A stretch of 64,000 nt of DNA, taken from assembly GCF_003918875.1 (NCBI RefSeq), contig NW_025765592.1, positions 372,001 through 436,000 of the forward strand, read 5' to 3'. A program made the position numbers and the translations under genes. This document shows positions 50,601 through 64,000 of the stretch, one piece after another. Within the stretch, counting starts at the first letter, position 1, and every line of letters starts with the position of its first letter. The notes beneath the pieces are model-generated. The model saw only the letters and a program-made list of their open reading frames with translations, did no database searches and was not told where the DNA came from. Origin of the DNA: Haliotis rubra. Taxonomy: Eukaryota.

Positions 50601-51069
50601 TACATAAGCATACAATGTACTGATTATGCGTTGGTCGCATATAATCTCCTCGATTGATCTGCTTTACTTGTGTGGAGGTTTAATATCAGTATATTGCATA
50701 GTGTACAGTGTTGCTATTTAGCTGCGTGACACATCGGGACTACTGTGATATTATAGCACTTCACTTCAGGTTGTCGGCCTCACGTTGTCAGACTCGGTGA
50801 CTGCTCATACAAACAGTGGCCAGAGAGTTTGGTAAACAAGGTTTTTCAGCGAAGCTGTTCACCGACTGCAGATTATACAAGTCATCAAGCGATGTCCCAG
50901 ATATTACCATACAAGTGGGTGAGTGAGTGAGTTAAGAGCTCTGAGACTTTCTTCATTTTCAGACAGTTAAACTGAAATCTAGACTTGCCACATATTCTAG
51001 ACTTGCATGGGCTTTCTTGGATATCTGTGTTGTATGACAGACTAAGTACAGTACATGTCTGGTGACTAG

Positions 51070-51368
51070 TGAGTGAATGAGTTCAGTTTTACGCCGCACC
51101 TAGCAATATTCCAGCTATATGGCGGCGGTCTGTATATAATCGAGTCTGGACCAGACAATCCAGTGATCAACAGCATGAGCATCGATCATCGTCCTCGTGG
51201 TTTGGTAGACTGTCAGTTTTACCTGAAGTCATGGCGATGCATACTATGTCATGGGAACCGATGACATGTGACAACCAAGTCAGCGAGCCTGACCACCCGA
51301 TCCCGTTAGTCGCCCCTTACGACAAGCATGGGTTACTGAAGGTTCATTCTAACCCGGACCTTCACGGG
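51070..51368 (-). mobile_element. SINE family 1 with an internal insertion
   Basis: 16-bp TSD tgtctggtgactagtg. Confidence 0.9.
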
Positions 51369-51379
51369 TGTCTGGTGAC

Positions 51380-51641
51380 TAGTGTTTCCCCTATGCAGTT
51401 TTAGCAGGGCGCAGCACCGTGCCCTTTTTAGTTGGCGCCTTTCTGTTTTTATTTGAACGCCTTGCTGTTTTTATTTGACGCCTTTCACTTTTTTGTTATA
51501 CAATAATTCATCTTAACACGTAAGCATATATGATTTTTAATTCAATACTTGGAAATCTGTCACTGCATGCCCATGTTAGAATAAGGGTGTCCCTTTTCAA
51601 GTTCTGTCGCCCTGCCTTTTTGGATCCTGGGGAAAACACTA
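51380..51641. mobile_element. MITE with hAT-like termini
   Basis: tagtgtttcccc...gcagggcg pairs with cgccctgc...ggggaaaacacta. Confidence 0.55.
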
Positions 51642-51821
51642 GTGATCCTGACCGCGCAAAAAATGGGGGTTTGTCTTTTGCACTCAACAATATATCGCCT
51701 TACCTCGAAAACACGAATGGTAGTTTGTATACACAAAACTATGTCAATAATTAGATATGCTATTACACGCCATGAGTAAAGAGAGTACTTGGTGTGAAAG
51801 TGTGAAATAAACTTACAGCTG

Positions 51822-51928
51822 GGCCTAGATTTTCGAAGGTCTCTTAGCGCTAAGATAGTCGTAAGTGCTATACATTAACATTAACTTACGACTATCTTAG
51901 CGCTAAGAGACCTTCGAAAATCTAGGCC
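51822..51928. mobile_element. Palindromic MITE (perfect ~45-bp arms, 17-bp loop), probably Harbinger-type
   Basis: ggcctagattttcgaaggtctcttagcgctaagatagtcgtaagt and its exact reverse complement; CTG on both sides. Confidence 0.8.
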
Positions 51929-52508
51929 CTGGATTTAATAGAGGAAATACGGTAGATGAGGGGGCATGTAAATAATCGAATGTGGGCCAGACACTGATAT
52001 TTGAGTTGGGTGGGGTGGGGGGTGCAATTTAAGTCCCTCGCCGCACGGTCACGGTGACCTGCATTTATCCTTGTCGTCAAGCGTGATCTAACGATCCAGC
52101 AGGACGTTTTGAACAGCCAGCATAGGATTCAATTTTCCCCTCTGTATGCAGTCTTGGCGGGTCCTGGGTTCGTTAAAACACTCATGTGTCGAGCTCTGAT
52201 ATGTCGAAGTCACTGTTGTGTCGAAGTGAGAGCTTTGTCCCTGCGAATTCCTTCTTTAGTCACCCTTTTGCGGTCGTGTCGAACACCGGATAATAATTGG
52301 GGGTCCCCGGGACGCCCATGTTTGTGAGTCGAGGTAAAACCCAGTGACTCGATTATCTACAGAATGCTGTCATACCCTACCGAGTGCGGCGTTAAACAAA
52401 CCCACATTTTCACCCTGACATTGCACAATATATCGAGGTCATACTATGTAGCTGCGACTCAAGGCGACAGGTTGTACATAATCACACTTCAATAGATGGG
52501 GATAAAGG

Positions 52509-53218
52509 CATTTGATAAAGTATTTACCATTTGATAAAGTATTTACCATTTGATAAAGTATTTACCATTTGATAAAGTATTTACCATTTGATAAAGTATT
52601 TACCATTTGATAAAGTATTTACCATTTGATAAAGTGTTTACCATTTGATAAAGTGTTTACCATTTGATAAAGTGTTTACCGTTTGATAAAGTGTTTACCA
52701 TTTGATAAAGTATTTACCATTTGATAAAGATTTTACCATTTGATAAAGTATTTACCATTTGATAAAGTATTTAATTTGTGTATTTACCATTTGATAAAGT
52801 GTTTACCATTTGATAAAGTACCATTTACCATTTGATAAAGTATTTACCATTTGATAAAGTATTTACCATTTGATAAAGTATTTACCATTTGATAAAGTGT
52901 TTACCATTTGATAAAGTGTTTACCGTTTGATAAAGTGTTTACCATTTGATAAAGTATTTACCATTTGATAAAGTGTTTACCATTTGATAAAGTATTTACC
53001 ATTTGATAAAGTGTTTACCATTTGATAAAGTATTTACCATTTGATAAAGTGTTTACCATTTGATAAAGTGTTTACCATTTGATAAAGTATTTACCATTTG
53101 ATAAAGTATTTACCATTTGATAAAGTATTTACCATTTGATAAAGTATTTACCATTTGATAAAGTGTTTACCATTTGATAAAGTATTTACCATTTGATAAA
53201 GTATTTACCATTTGATAA
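52509..53218. repeat. 19-bp minisatellite (catttgataaagt[a/g]tttac), ~37 units
   Basis: Direct tandem repeat. Confidence 0.97.
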
Positions 53219-53327
53219 CAGCTGATAACTACCACGGCGATTCAAGTTCACGACATGTGCCCAGCAACCTAAGCTTTAACCACGACGTCAAGTGATGTTT
53301 GACTGGCACTCTAGAAGTTGCTGAGTA

Positions 53328-53557
53328 GTGAGTGAGTGAGTGAGTTTAGTTTGACACCGCACTCAGCAGTATTCCAGCTATATGGAAATAATAGAGCCTG
53401 GACCAGACAATCCAGTGATCAACAGCATGAGCATCGATCTGCGCATTTGGGAACCGATGACATGTGTCAACCAAGTCAGTGAGCCTGACCACCCGATCCC
53501 GTTAGTCGCCTCTTACGACAAGCATGGGTTACTGAAGGTTCATTCTAACCCGGACCG
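53328..53557 (-). mobile_element. SINE family 1
   Basis: 12-bp TSD agttgctgagta. Confidence 0.88.
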
Positions 53558-54399
53558 GATCAGTTGCTGAGTAATAGACAATTAAGGACAATTTATGGAT
53601 GACAACCTTTATACATGTAACAGGAATAAAGAAAACCAATAATAACAATCATGTTGTTTTTCTTAATTCATGTTAGATGTGTACACGTCTATTCTGTGCT
53701 TGACAACGGTATAAGAATCTACCCTGAAACGTCGTATCATATTATACACGATTAACAAAGTTAAGCACCCCTAAATATGTTGACCGCTAACAGAACTATG
53801 TTCAGGTTCAGCTTGTGTATCATGATACTTGTGATACTAACGTTCATTTAAGAAATTATTAAAATTGTACTTGGTACAAAGTGTCTCCCAAACACACCTT
53901 GTGGAGTATGCCCGGAAGCAAACCCACGAATTTTCACTAGTGTAGTTTGCGCACGAGCCACATGTCAGAACATTCGTAGCTACTCGTGTCATTCCGGCAA
54001 GCCGGATGGCGTCTCGTACCCCTCTCGTTGCCATGTTTACGACTGGACCCTGTCTAAGCGCAAACAGGCATGAAGATGAAAAATGTCTAGTACTATTACC
54101 AAGGAAAGATAATTTCCAAACATGGCTCCTATAATATCCTATATCCCGTTTGCAAAATAGCAATACAGCCATTCCCTTTGTAATTATGTTTCAGTGTTGA
54201 AAGTTGCTGATCATTTTGCTCAAAGTGTATGTTTGAATTGTGCTTTGCATAGTTTAGTGAAGTTTCAAAGTTTAACGGGGCCGCCATTTTCATGCTTCGA
54301 AATGCGTTTTACTACGCGCGATTTGATTGGTTTGCCACGATTCTTGGCAATAATGGCGTACGATAGGGGTACGAGTCTTCTTGTAGGTCACGGAAAGAG

Positions 54400-55620
54400 G
54401 CGAGTAGTTACGAATGATGTCAGAATAATCTGCATGGGGTACAATGTTCAATCATTATTCTGCCACGAAGAAGATTGTCAGATGGCCAGAGATTATTGGT
54501 ATGCATAACTCAGGTATGTGCTAGAAGTTGGTCGGGAAATGAATGTCCACGGTTGTCAATCGTTTCGTCAGAAAATATAGGGTCAAGCATCACCATGTTC
54601 GGGGTGACGTCAGAACGTGAAGACAAGGCACTCGTGAAGCACACTGGACGACAACCATTTGCCACATGTACTGTTCCAAAGCACCACTTGTTACCATTTC
54701 GCCGGGTATCAGCATGAATAGTCCAGAATTGCCTGAGGAGAGTCGGGTACAACTCTTGGAGGGTCATCAAACGTGCTCTACTGAGTGATCATCACCAACA
54801 AGCACGTTTGGTTTGGTGTTACCACGGCAACGCTGGAATCTGAGGACTTGGCAAAGAATACATTGGTCTGATGACAGTAGATTCCTTCTTCTGTAACTGA
54901 TGGACCCTTGAGAGTTTGGAATCAGCCAAATACAGCAGCACACAAGGAAACTCACCCAACCGTTGTCTTTGGTGGGGGTTCCGTCATGGTGTGGGAATGG
55001 GTCTTTAAACTTGATTTTGACTGACTGACTGAATTTGGTTTTACGCCGCTTTTGACAATATTCCAGCAATATCACGGCGGGGGACACCAGAAATGGGCTT
55101 CACAAATTTACCCACGTGGGGATTCGAACCCGGGTCTTCGGCGTGACGAGCCAACGGTTTAACCACTAGGCTACCCCACCGCCCGATTTGATGACAATAC
55201 GTGAGAATCTGACAGGTGAATTCAGTATATCCAGCAAGTGCTGGATCCAGTGGTTGTCACCAGTTTGATAATCATCCTCTTGAAATAAAACCTGTATTTA
55301 TGGTTGACAAGGCTAGGCAACGCCGTGCTCGTACAGTGACATCTTTCATTCAGAATAATGCAGTGCCTCACCTCCCATGGCCGCCATAAGTCCATACCTG
55401 AATCCCCTGGAACACATGTGAGACGGGCGACGGATACATGCACGTGTATCACCTGTACCACGTGTCCCACTTGTTTAAAATCTGCGTGAGTAGAAAGCAG
55501 CTCTGCACCAAGAATGGCGACAGTTCCCTCTGCAACGGATACGACGGTTGACAGGGGTATGCGACGTAGAGTACAGGTGGTTACCCAAGCAGGAGGGTAC
55601 ATTAGATATTCTACCATGAC
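54400..55620 (+). mobile_element. Degenerate Tc1 transposon with a SINE family 2 insertion (55020-55184, minus)
   Basis: Fragments WSDDSRF, GGSVMVW, FIQNNAVPHLPWP, LNPLEH and MRRRVQVVTQAGGYIRY. Confidence 0.75.
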
Positions 55621-56804
55621 TCCAGTAAATACTGGATTGTGATTGGTTAATTAAAGTCATTTAGAGGAACAAAATCACGTTTTACAGGTCTCTGATTTTC
55701 CGTGAAAAATTTCAAATCGTAGCCAGCATAGTACCCAGTACAGATTTTGATTTGACACTATTTTCAGTTAGTATGATGTCTTTTACTCATGAAAAGGCCT
55801 GTAATACTCTCAGATTGTGGTATCAGTTTTTATCCAGGCCATTATATGTGGTGCGGGGTCTGCATAGCATTTTCGTCCACATTTGGTTTGCTGCCCGACA
55901 ACACCTCAAAGTTAATCATTAATAGTTTTACTACTATCAATCTGATCACTTTCATTTTGACTTTTGTGTACTGCTAAAGGATGTAGAAATTGCGAGCATT
56001 TTGACATAATTTTGTTTTGACAAAATAAATCAAAATAGCCGCCATTTTGTTTTGTTCTGTGTTTTGCCTTCTCAGCATTTAAATTTACAAAAAAATGAAC
56101 ACCGAATGTTTCCATTTACATCCAAAGTTGATACTTTACATGATACTTTTGATGTGTTTTGACACTTGTTTCTCCTAGAGTGATGGCTTGGGCACAAAAC
56201 AAGTAATTTTGTATGGTCATATCGTGGTAATTTAATATTTTACAGCTTATTCTTTGAGACAGGGGTATTTTTGCAATTCTCCGACTTTTCATGGAAATGT
56301 GTGTGAGTGATTTATTCAATGGCAGTTGACATTATTTTTGTTACTAAAACAAGTTGTTTTTGGTTTCTCTTTACTTCTAGAGTGACGGCACGTTATAAGG
56401 AATGTTTACATATTACCCAGAATTCAAAATGGCCGCCAAAATGGCCACCATTGTAGTTTAACTACATATACATGTGTACTTAGTGGAGGACTAAATTTGT
56501 ACTGATATGAAATCCAAACAACTCATATGGTGTCTAATGTTTAATACAGTATAGGAATAGAGCTAAATTTCAATGATAGGGTCAATCAAAGCTTCACACT
56601 CCTAAAATATTTGATGAATTAACAAAATCCAAAAGTGTTTGAAAACTATGCTTCATGGCCGATAACTACGTATAAGCTTTGGTTGTAGGTATTCAAATTG
56701 TTCTATCAGATAACTCTTAATCACTTTTGATACATTCATAAGCTTGCAATTAACCCTCTTTTTCATTTTCTTTCATTTCATATGTTACTTCATGTCAGAA
56801 TCGG

Positions 56805-57045
56805 ACCTGTGAACATCCGGGTTAGAATTGTCCTTCAATAACCCATGCTTGTCGTAAGAGGCGACTAACGGGATCTGGTTGTCAGGCTCGCTGACTGGGT
56901 TGACACATGTCATCGTATACCAATTGCGCAGATTGATGTTCATGATGTTGATCCCCTCGGTTGTCTGTTCCAGACTCGATTATTTACAGACTGTCGCCAT
57001 ATAGCTGGAATATTACCGAGTGCGGTGTAAAACTTAACTCACTCA
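56805..57045 (+). mobile_element. SINE family 1 inside the left arm (mirror copy at 59968-60213, minus)
   Basis: TSD catgtcagaatcgga in both arms. Confidence 0.88.
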
Positions 57046-57499
57046 TGTCAGAATCGGAGTCAAAGGTGTTCAGGCAACAATCATCTGCCATACACAAAGA
57101 CATGCCTCTATGCACACTATATCATTCTTTCTGCTGGCATGCTGACTTATTGCATTTACACGATGTCAGTTCGACCAATCCACAGGGAGCAGGATCTCTC
57201 GACATCAATAGGGCTAAGCTGACCATCACAAATGCTCCAACCATGGTCAACTGGTAAAAGAATGTTCATGATTGGTTGCAGAGACTGTTTCCAAACATGG
57301 ACTTTGTAGTTTACTCGTTCAATGTGATGTTTTAGACTGTTGGATGTTGGTGGGGAGGTTTTCATTCAATATCTTGTGTCATCTACAGACATCACTGGAT
57401 TATTTGGTACATACATAGACCTCACAAACTGGCCACAAGATGTAATGGGTGTTTGTTGAACATCCAAATTGTCACCCAATTGTGACAATGTTTGTTGGT

Positions 57500-58738
57500 G
57501 ATTTTCAGAGGACACGTTCTAAAATGGGACGGAGTAATACCGTACTTAAAATGAGATTGACATACTATGAACGGAATCGCGCCGCTTCCATCTTTCTGGG
57601 TATGTGTGCGGACGTAGTGCAGTCCGTCATCAATTGCAGTACGTTTGTACACAGTTTCCACCTGGTCCATCCCGTTTGCAGAACTCTACTGAACTCTAGT
57701 TAGTCGCTATTCCAAGCAAATATGTTCAAAACAAAATGAATTGTTCTGAAGAAACTTGTAGTACACGGTTCTAACAGTTTGCAATGGGTTCTCATCACGT
57801 TCTACTTGTTGTTAGTATGTTTATGTAGTTCTCATGCAGTTCTTACTATGTCAACTCTGTGTGCACTACGATATGACAAGGTAGGGTATATATACATGCG
57901 TTTTTAACATGGTCGTGATTTGGAATAGAGTTTCTATGAACAAGTTTGCAGCTGTCAAAATATTGAATGCTGGTTTCCTGCAATTTTTATCGGAAGCAGA
58001 GCAAGAGTACAATGAGTTGGTAGAGCAAGAAAGAAGGAAAACACAAGAACGTGTTGGGTGAGGAACTGGCTTAAACCTGAGAGGTGAATAGTTGTGGGAC
58101 ATTATCATCAACTGATGGAGGAGCTCCGCCGTGATGATCATGAGTCCTTCTGCAATTTCTTGAGAATCACCCCTCCCATGTTTGATGAACTTCTTGAACG
58201 CATTGACCCCTTTATAAATTAGATGTTCACCCTTCTTCTTCCTTGGCGGCATGGTAATGTCAATGTTTCCACCTTGAAACTGAGAACGGAATAAGAATGG
58301 GCAGGGTATTTATATTTATCGAACCAGGAAGTGATTGCTATTACGATTGCACACACTAGAAACGGAGTGAGAAAGTAGCGAGAACGGGAAGAAGTGCCTG
58401 AAAATGAGTTGGTTTAGAAAAATGAGTTAGAACGGGGTTGTGCGTATTACGAACGAGGTTTAGTTCAGAAGGGATATAAAGTGACTATGGACGGGATTGG
58501 ACTGCTTGAAAACGTTGTCCACACGGGGTGAACGGGACTATTTTACCCACTCTAAACGTAACACCAACTGTCTGGGGACGGGGTAAAGACGAGACAGATG
58601 TACTGAGAACTGTTTATGATCAAACTAGCATTGTAATTTATACAAAAGTTGCACGTTCTATCCCGTTCGAGCTCACTTTACAGTTATTGTTTGGACAGGG
58701 CAGGACGTCCTAAGAACTACATTTGTGTGACTCAGGCT
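57500..58738 (+). mobile_element. PIF/Harbinger remnant nested in the foldback element
   Basis: ~58040-58217 reads CWVRNWL...GHYHQLMEELRRDDHESFCNFLRITPPMFDELLERIDPFI, a Harbinger transposase N-terminus. Boundaries are approximate. Confidence 0.7.
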
Positions 58739-61700
58739 TTACCAACAGGTAGCATGGCTGGACCAACAGAACACCATCGTTCGTTCATACATGCTACAAG
58801 ACTAGACTTGTTGACAGGATTGCTGATGTGTTTGTCCCATTGTCTTGGCAGTGTTTTGTTTTTGCCAACAATCTTGACTTCTAGCGCCGTTGACGATCCT
58901 CTTTTGATTTGCTCCCCTGCTTTGATTGACTCTTGTCTGGCATACCTGTCCCAAACAACATCAATTCTAATGCAGTCTGTTCGATTCAGAATTTAAGTGA
59001 AGTTGTCCCAATACATATCAGCCAAGTGTCCAAATGTGGAAGCAGCTCCCTTTCTGAACATTTGCAATTTTGCCATACCATCAATTATATGAACTGGCAA
59101 CATTCTCTCTTCTGCTAGTATAAACAGCGAAGGACCAAAAGCTTCCTTTTAAAGTTCATTTAACAAACCGCTTTTGATGTTCTTTCTTAATGTTCCATCT
59201 GAATGAGCCATTGTAAAATGAACACTAGAAATGTCCATGTTCACATCAAGGTTGATGACAAACCCATTCAATCTTCCAAATGAATGATGTCTGCATCTTG
59301 TGAACATTGGAAGTGGAGTTATTGTCCTAAAGGATATGATTCACAGCCTCTTGCATGTTAAACAGATTGGGGCAGAGCAAAGGGATAACTTCATAAGTAG
59401 TTGATTGAACTCTTCCAGGACAAACTTGTGGTCACCTTTACATCGACTGAACCTGAAAACCAATTCTACATTCCCAAAAAGGCTGTAAAGCCCAGGGATG
59501 AGAAGCTTCACACAACAAATGGATGACAATTTGAATGTTCAAGAAACACTCATTACATCTTGTGGCCAGTTTGTGAGTTCTATGTACGTACCAAATAATC
59601 CAGTGATGTCTGTAGATGACACAAGATATTGAATGAAAACCTCCCACCAACATCCAACAGTCTAAAACATCACATTGAACGAGTAAACTACAAAGTCCAT
59701 GTTTGGAAACAGTCTCTGCAACCAATCATGAACATTCTTTTACCAGTTGACCATGGTTGGAGCATTTGTGAGATGGTCAGCTATTCTAATGTCGAGAGAT
59801 CCTGCTCCCTGTGGATTGGTCGAACTGACATCGTGTAAATGCAATAAGTCAGCATGCCAGCAGAAAGAATGATATAGTGTGCACAGAGGCATGTCTTTGT
59901 GTATGGCAGATGATTGTTGCCTGAACACCTTTGACTTGTTGCCAGTAGATGACTCCGATTCTGACATGAGTGAGTGAGTGAGTTTAGTTTCACACCACAC
60001 TCAGCAATATTCCAGCTATATGGCGGACATCTGTAAATAATCGTGTCTGGACCAGACAATCCAGGGATCAACAGCATGAACATCAATTTGCGCAATTGGT
60101 ATACGATGACATGTGCCAACCCAGTCAGCAAGCCTGACAACCAGATCCCGTTAGTCGCCTCTTACGACAAGCATGGGTTATTGAAGATCAATTCTAACCC
60201 GGATCTCTACAGGTCCGATTCTGACATGAAGTAACATATGAAATGAAAGAAAGTGAAAATGAGGGTTAATTGCAAGCTTATGGATGTATCAATAGTGATT
60301 AAGAGTTATCTGATAGAACAATTTGAATGCCTACAACCAAAGCTTATACGTAGTTATCGGCCATGAAGCATAGTTTTCAAACACTTTTGGATTTTGTTAA
60401 TTCATCAAATATTTTAGGAGTGTGAAGCTTTGATTGACCCTATCATTGAAATTTAGCTCTATTCCTATACTGTATTAAACATTAGACACCATATGAGTTG
60501 TTTGGATTTCATATCAGTACAAATTTAGTCCTCCACTAAGTATATGTAGTTAAACTACAATGGTGGCCATTTTGGCGGCCATTTTGAATTCTGGGTAATA
60601 TGTAAACATTCCTAATAACGTGCCGTCACTCTAGAAGTAAAGAGAAAACAAAAACAACTTGTTTTAGTAACAAAAATAATGTCAACTGCCATTGAATAAA
60701 TCACTCACACACATTTCCATGAAAAGTCGGAGAATTGCAAAAATACCCCTGTCTCAAAGAATAAGCTGTAAAATATTAAATTACCACGATATGACCATAC
60801 AAAATTACTTGTTTTGTGCCCAAGCCATCACTCTAGGAGAAACAAGTGTCAAAACACATCAAAAGTATCAACTTTGGATGTAAATGGAAACATTCGGTGT
60901 TCATTTTTATGTAAATTTAAGTGTTGAGAAGGCAAAACACGACAAAACAAAATGGCGGCCAAAATGGCGGCTATTTTGATTTTTTTTTCAAAACAAAATT
61001 ATGTCAAATAATTTCTACATCCTTTAGCAGTACACAGAAGTCAAAATGAAAGTGATCAGATTGATAGTAGTAAAACTATTAATGATTAACTTTGAGGTGT
61101 TGTCGGGCAGCAAACCAAATGTGACGAAAATGCTCGCAGACCCCCACCACATATAATGGCCTGTAAAAAAACTGATACCACAATCTGAGAGTATTACAGG
61201 CCTTTTCATGAGCCCAAGACATCATACTAACTGAAAATAGTGTCAAACAAAATCAGTACTGGGGAGGCTACGAAATCCTATTTCTAGGCCCTTTTGAGAT
61301 TCTCCTCCTGGACAAAACATCGTCTGCTTTCCAAAACAAAAACTCAGCAAGAAAAGTATGTTTACGTTGATTCTGTGTTATGTCAAAATAGATTGCGCAA
61401 TAGACTGTTACATGATTTCCATATTAAATTTATTATCAGATTTCGTTGACAACATGATCACTGACCCAGTAACGGAAGATGCATTATTTAACATCGAACG
61501 ATGAAGTACTTCCGTCCACATAAATAGAGATAGAACGGTTATTAATTCCAACAAAATGATATATTCCTGTTTCAAATATAGCAGTAGTATAACACAATTA
61601 CAGAAGCTGTAAACTTCACTTAGCCCCCAGAGTGTTTGTCCTGATGCTCATGTTAATAAGATCTGAAAAGTGAACGCTGCGCGAGAATTTCGTTCGCGCG

Positions 61701-62602
61701 GTACTGGATCTACAGACCCGTGCCAGTTATATTCGGACACTTGACGTAACTTCCATAGACTTACATGTTGTTGTAGTGTAGCATAAATAATTCCTTCGTC
61801 GGGCAGTTAATGGAAAACCTCGGGCTTCTGCAAATGATAATGCCCTCAAAAATAGCATTACCGTTGTTATTGCTAAAATACATTGAATTTGTGTTGAAAA
61901 GAAAAAGGAAACAAAGAAGGAATTTGACTGTAAGTTTACTCAAAACCAACTTCTGACGGGGTTGACTGACCAAATGCAATTACGTCAATTCAAGTGACGT
62001 CACGACAGAACGTGACGATATTCGACCTTGGCCTTTGACAAGACCATGGCCTGCACCATGTCAAACTATGTCAGACACATCGTCAGTTGTCAGTGTTCGG
62101 TTTTGGTCCAACAACAACGTTAATAGTGCAATTGTTAAGGCTAGCACCAGCAAGGAAGCCAATATTACCGCTATTTAAAGCGGGAATTCGGGTTGCTTTG
62201 ACTTGTTTGCCCCAGAATATCTGCCAGTCCAAAGCCAATGTCTATGATACAATCCACCGATTGTAGGGAGAGCAAGATACTGAAATTTACATATCTTGCC
62301 ATTTTTGACATTACTAAATCAAAATTCACAGAGGTTTGAGCAATTTAGTGTGTCAGGGCTCCAGATAATTTTTCAACATATTTTACTCCATATTTTTTCA
62401 CTACAGGAGTACTGGAAAACCTTAAGAGTACATTATTGTTTCGTTTCATATATGCACCACAGCATTGATAGTCTTGTGTAAACAGGTCAATAAACAATAA
62501 ACCAATATTTTTTCTCAGATAAATAAGTCTGTAAATGATTCTAAGACCGTACACTATTGCTGTGGTGCGTACCTGCTACGTTTTCTAAATTATTTGCTAC
62601 CG

Positions 62603-62757
62603 TATTAGTTTTACACCCCTTTAAGCAATATTCCAGCAATATCACCGTGAGGGACACCAGAAATGGGCTTCAAACATTGTACCCATATAGGTAAATCGAA
62701 CACGGGTCTTCAGCGTGACGAGCGAACGCTTTAACCACTAGGCTACCCCACCGCCCC
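62603..62757 (-). mobile_element. SINE family 2
   Basis: Reverse-complement match to the family. Confidence 0.85.
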
Positions 62758-63309
62758 TCACAAGTCTCTAAATCTCATAAATTGGATGGTAGATGTCAAA
62801 CCACCACCAACTAAAGTAAATGATAAAAAAACTACAAAATCAACAAAAAGTTGTCTACAAAATGTTTATTTGACTATGTGTTCACTGATATATGAGTAAT
62901 GGTGTTTTATCACAAGCTTGCATAGTCCTCGGTTGCTATGTATATGCATGATAAATAAGTGTACAGAATGTCTATATTACATATATACAATAACACACGC
63001 AGTATCCATGTGTTCCAAGCGTTTTGAACATGCACTCGAAGGGCCAAGACAGTTCACTGCCTAACTTTCAAACCCAAATGTTATATGCGGGCATCTATTG
63101 AACTCTTTGGTACAGAGAAGACTCCTTGAATGAGTTCACAGAGAATGTCAAGTTGAAATGTCCCTTAAGGAACCGATATTTTCAAGAGGATTGAAATATA
63201 AATTAAGAAATCATAATAGCAATTAAAACATGAAAAAAATAGGTTTTGTCGGAAGAGGTAAGTGAGATGGGTTTAGAGTTGTTTTGAACCCTATCCCAGT
63301 TAAATATGG

Positions 63310-63474
63310 CTGAGTGATTCAGTTGGGTTTTGTGCCGCTTTTAGCAATATTCCAGCAATATCACGGCGAAGGACACCAGAAATGGGCTTCACACATTGTA
63401 CCCATGTAGGGAATCAAACCCGGGTCTTCAGCGTGACTAGCGAACGCTTTAACCACTAGGTTACTCCACCGCCC
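63310..63474 (-). mobile_element. SINE family 2
   Basis: TSD cccagttaaatatgg. Confidence 0.88.
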
Positions 63475-63558
63475 CAGTTAAATATGGGGTCTTGACAGTT
63501 TATGTAGGCAGGACAGCCCAGAGTGATACAGATCTTGGACGTTTAGCATTTGGTATGA

Positions 63559-63748
63559 CTGACTGACTGAATGACTGACTGACTGAGTTTTGGTTTTACG
63601 TTTTACGCCACTTTTAGCAATATTCCAGCAACATCACGGCGGAGGACACCAGAAATGGGCTTCACTCATTGTACCCATGTGGGGATTTGAACCCGGGTCT
63701 TCGGCGTGACAAGCCAATGCTTTAACCACTAGACTACCCCACCGCCCC
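63559..63748 (-). mobile_element. SINE family 2
   Basis: TSD agcatttggtatga. Confidence 0.88.
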
Positions 63749-64000
63749 AGCATTTGGTATGATACTGACAAGTTTAGAAACAGTAGATTTGAAAGAAGAT
63801 TGAATTCATGACAATAGGTTCCTGGCACATCCAAGGGACGTAACTCTACACTGCAAATTAAATCACTTTAGGTAACTAGGCAACAGATGCCCCTCAGTGC
63901 AACCTTGACCAGATGAAAATAATAATTTGAAGAACAAAATTTTCTTCAAATTGTGCTAGTTTGATAGTAAAATATTTATACAGAATAACCAACACAAAAC

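Larger units (their letters stand above)
55734..61263. mobile_element. Foldback DNA-transposon derivative with ~1.75-kb inverted arms (55734-~57483 / ~59516-61263), Academ(X)-like
   Basis: The arms are reverse complements. Peptides: AHSDGTLRKNIKSGL, IIDGMA...TFG...RIDVVWDRY...SIK (XPG/PIN-like, minus ~58800-59210), and LPPTSNSLKHHIERVNY...HGW plus a Cys-rich end in both arms. The superfamily assignment is from recalled domain architecture. Confidence 0.7.

Overview
This is eukaryotic, repeat-rich DNA with spliceosomal GT-AG introns, SINEs and DNA-transposon relics. The SINE families look molluscan, possibly abalone-like, but that is recall and unverified. Positions 1-45 kb hold a head-to-tail tandem array of six cholinesterase-fold (type-B carboxylesterase) genes, here called A-F, all on the + strand. 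Each has a non-coding exon 1, a ~1.49-kb exon 2 with the ATG 1 nt after the acceptor, a 164-bp exon 3 and a 38-nt coding exon 4. E and F are intact (561 and 562 aa). A-D carry lesions that are almost all homopolymer indels, probably assembly errors. The proteins keep the Ser-Glu-His triad but lack the choline-binding Trp of AChE (Torpedo W84) and instead have Trp directly after the catalytic His (HW, not HG). They end in a short soluble Cys-containing tail, and the paralogs differ mainly in segments lining the active-site gorge. This points to a diversifying secreted esterase family with unknown substrate rather than synaptic AChE. The rest of the window is transposons and tandem repeats: Tc1, Harbinger, MULE, L2 and L1/Tx1 relics, three SINE families (one with a covarying pseudoknot-like head), MITEs, an Academ-like foldback element with ~1.75-kb inverted arms, several minisatellites and three N gaps. 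All alignments were done by eye and Torpedo numbering is from memory.
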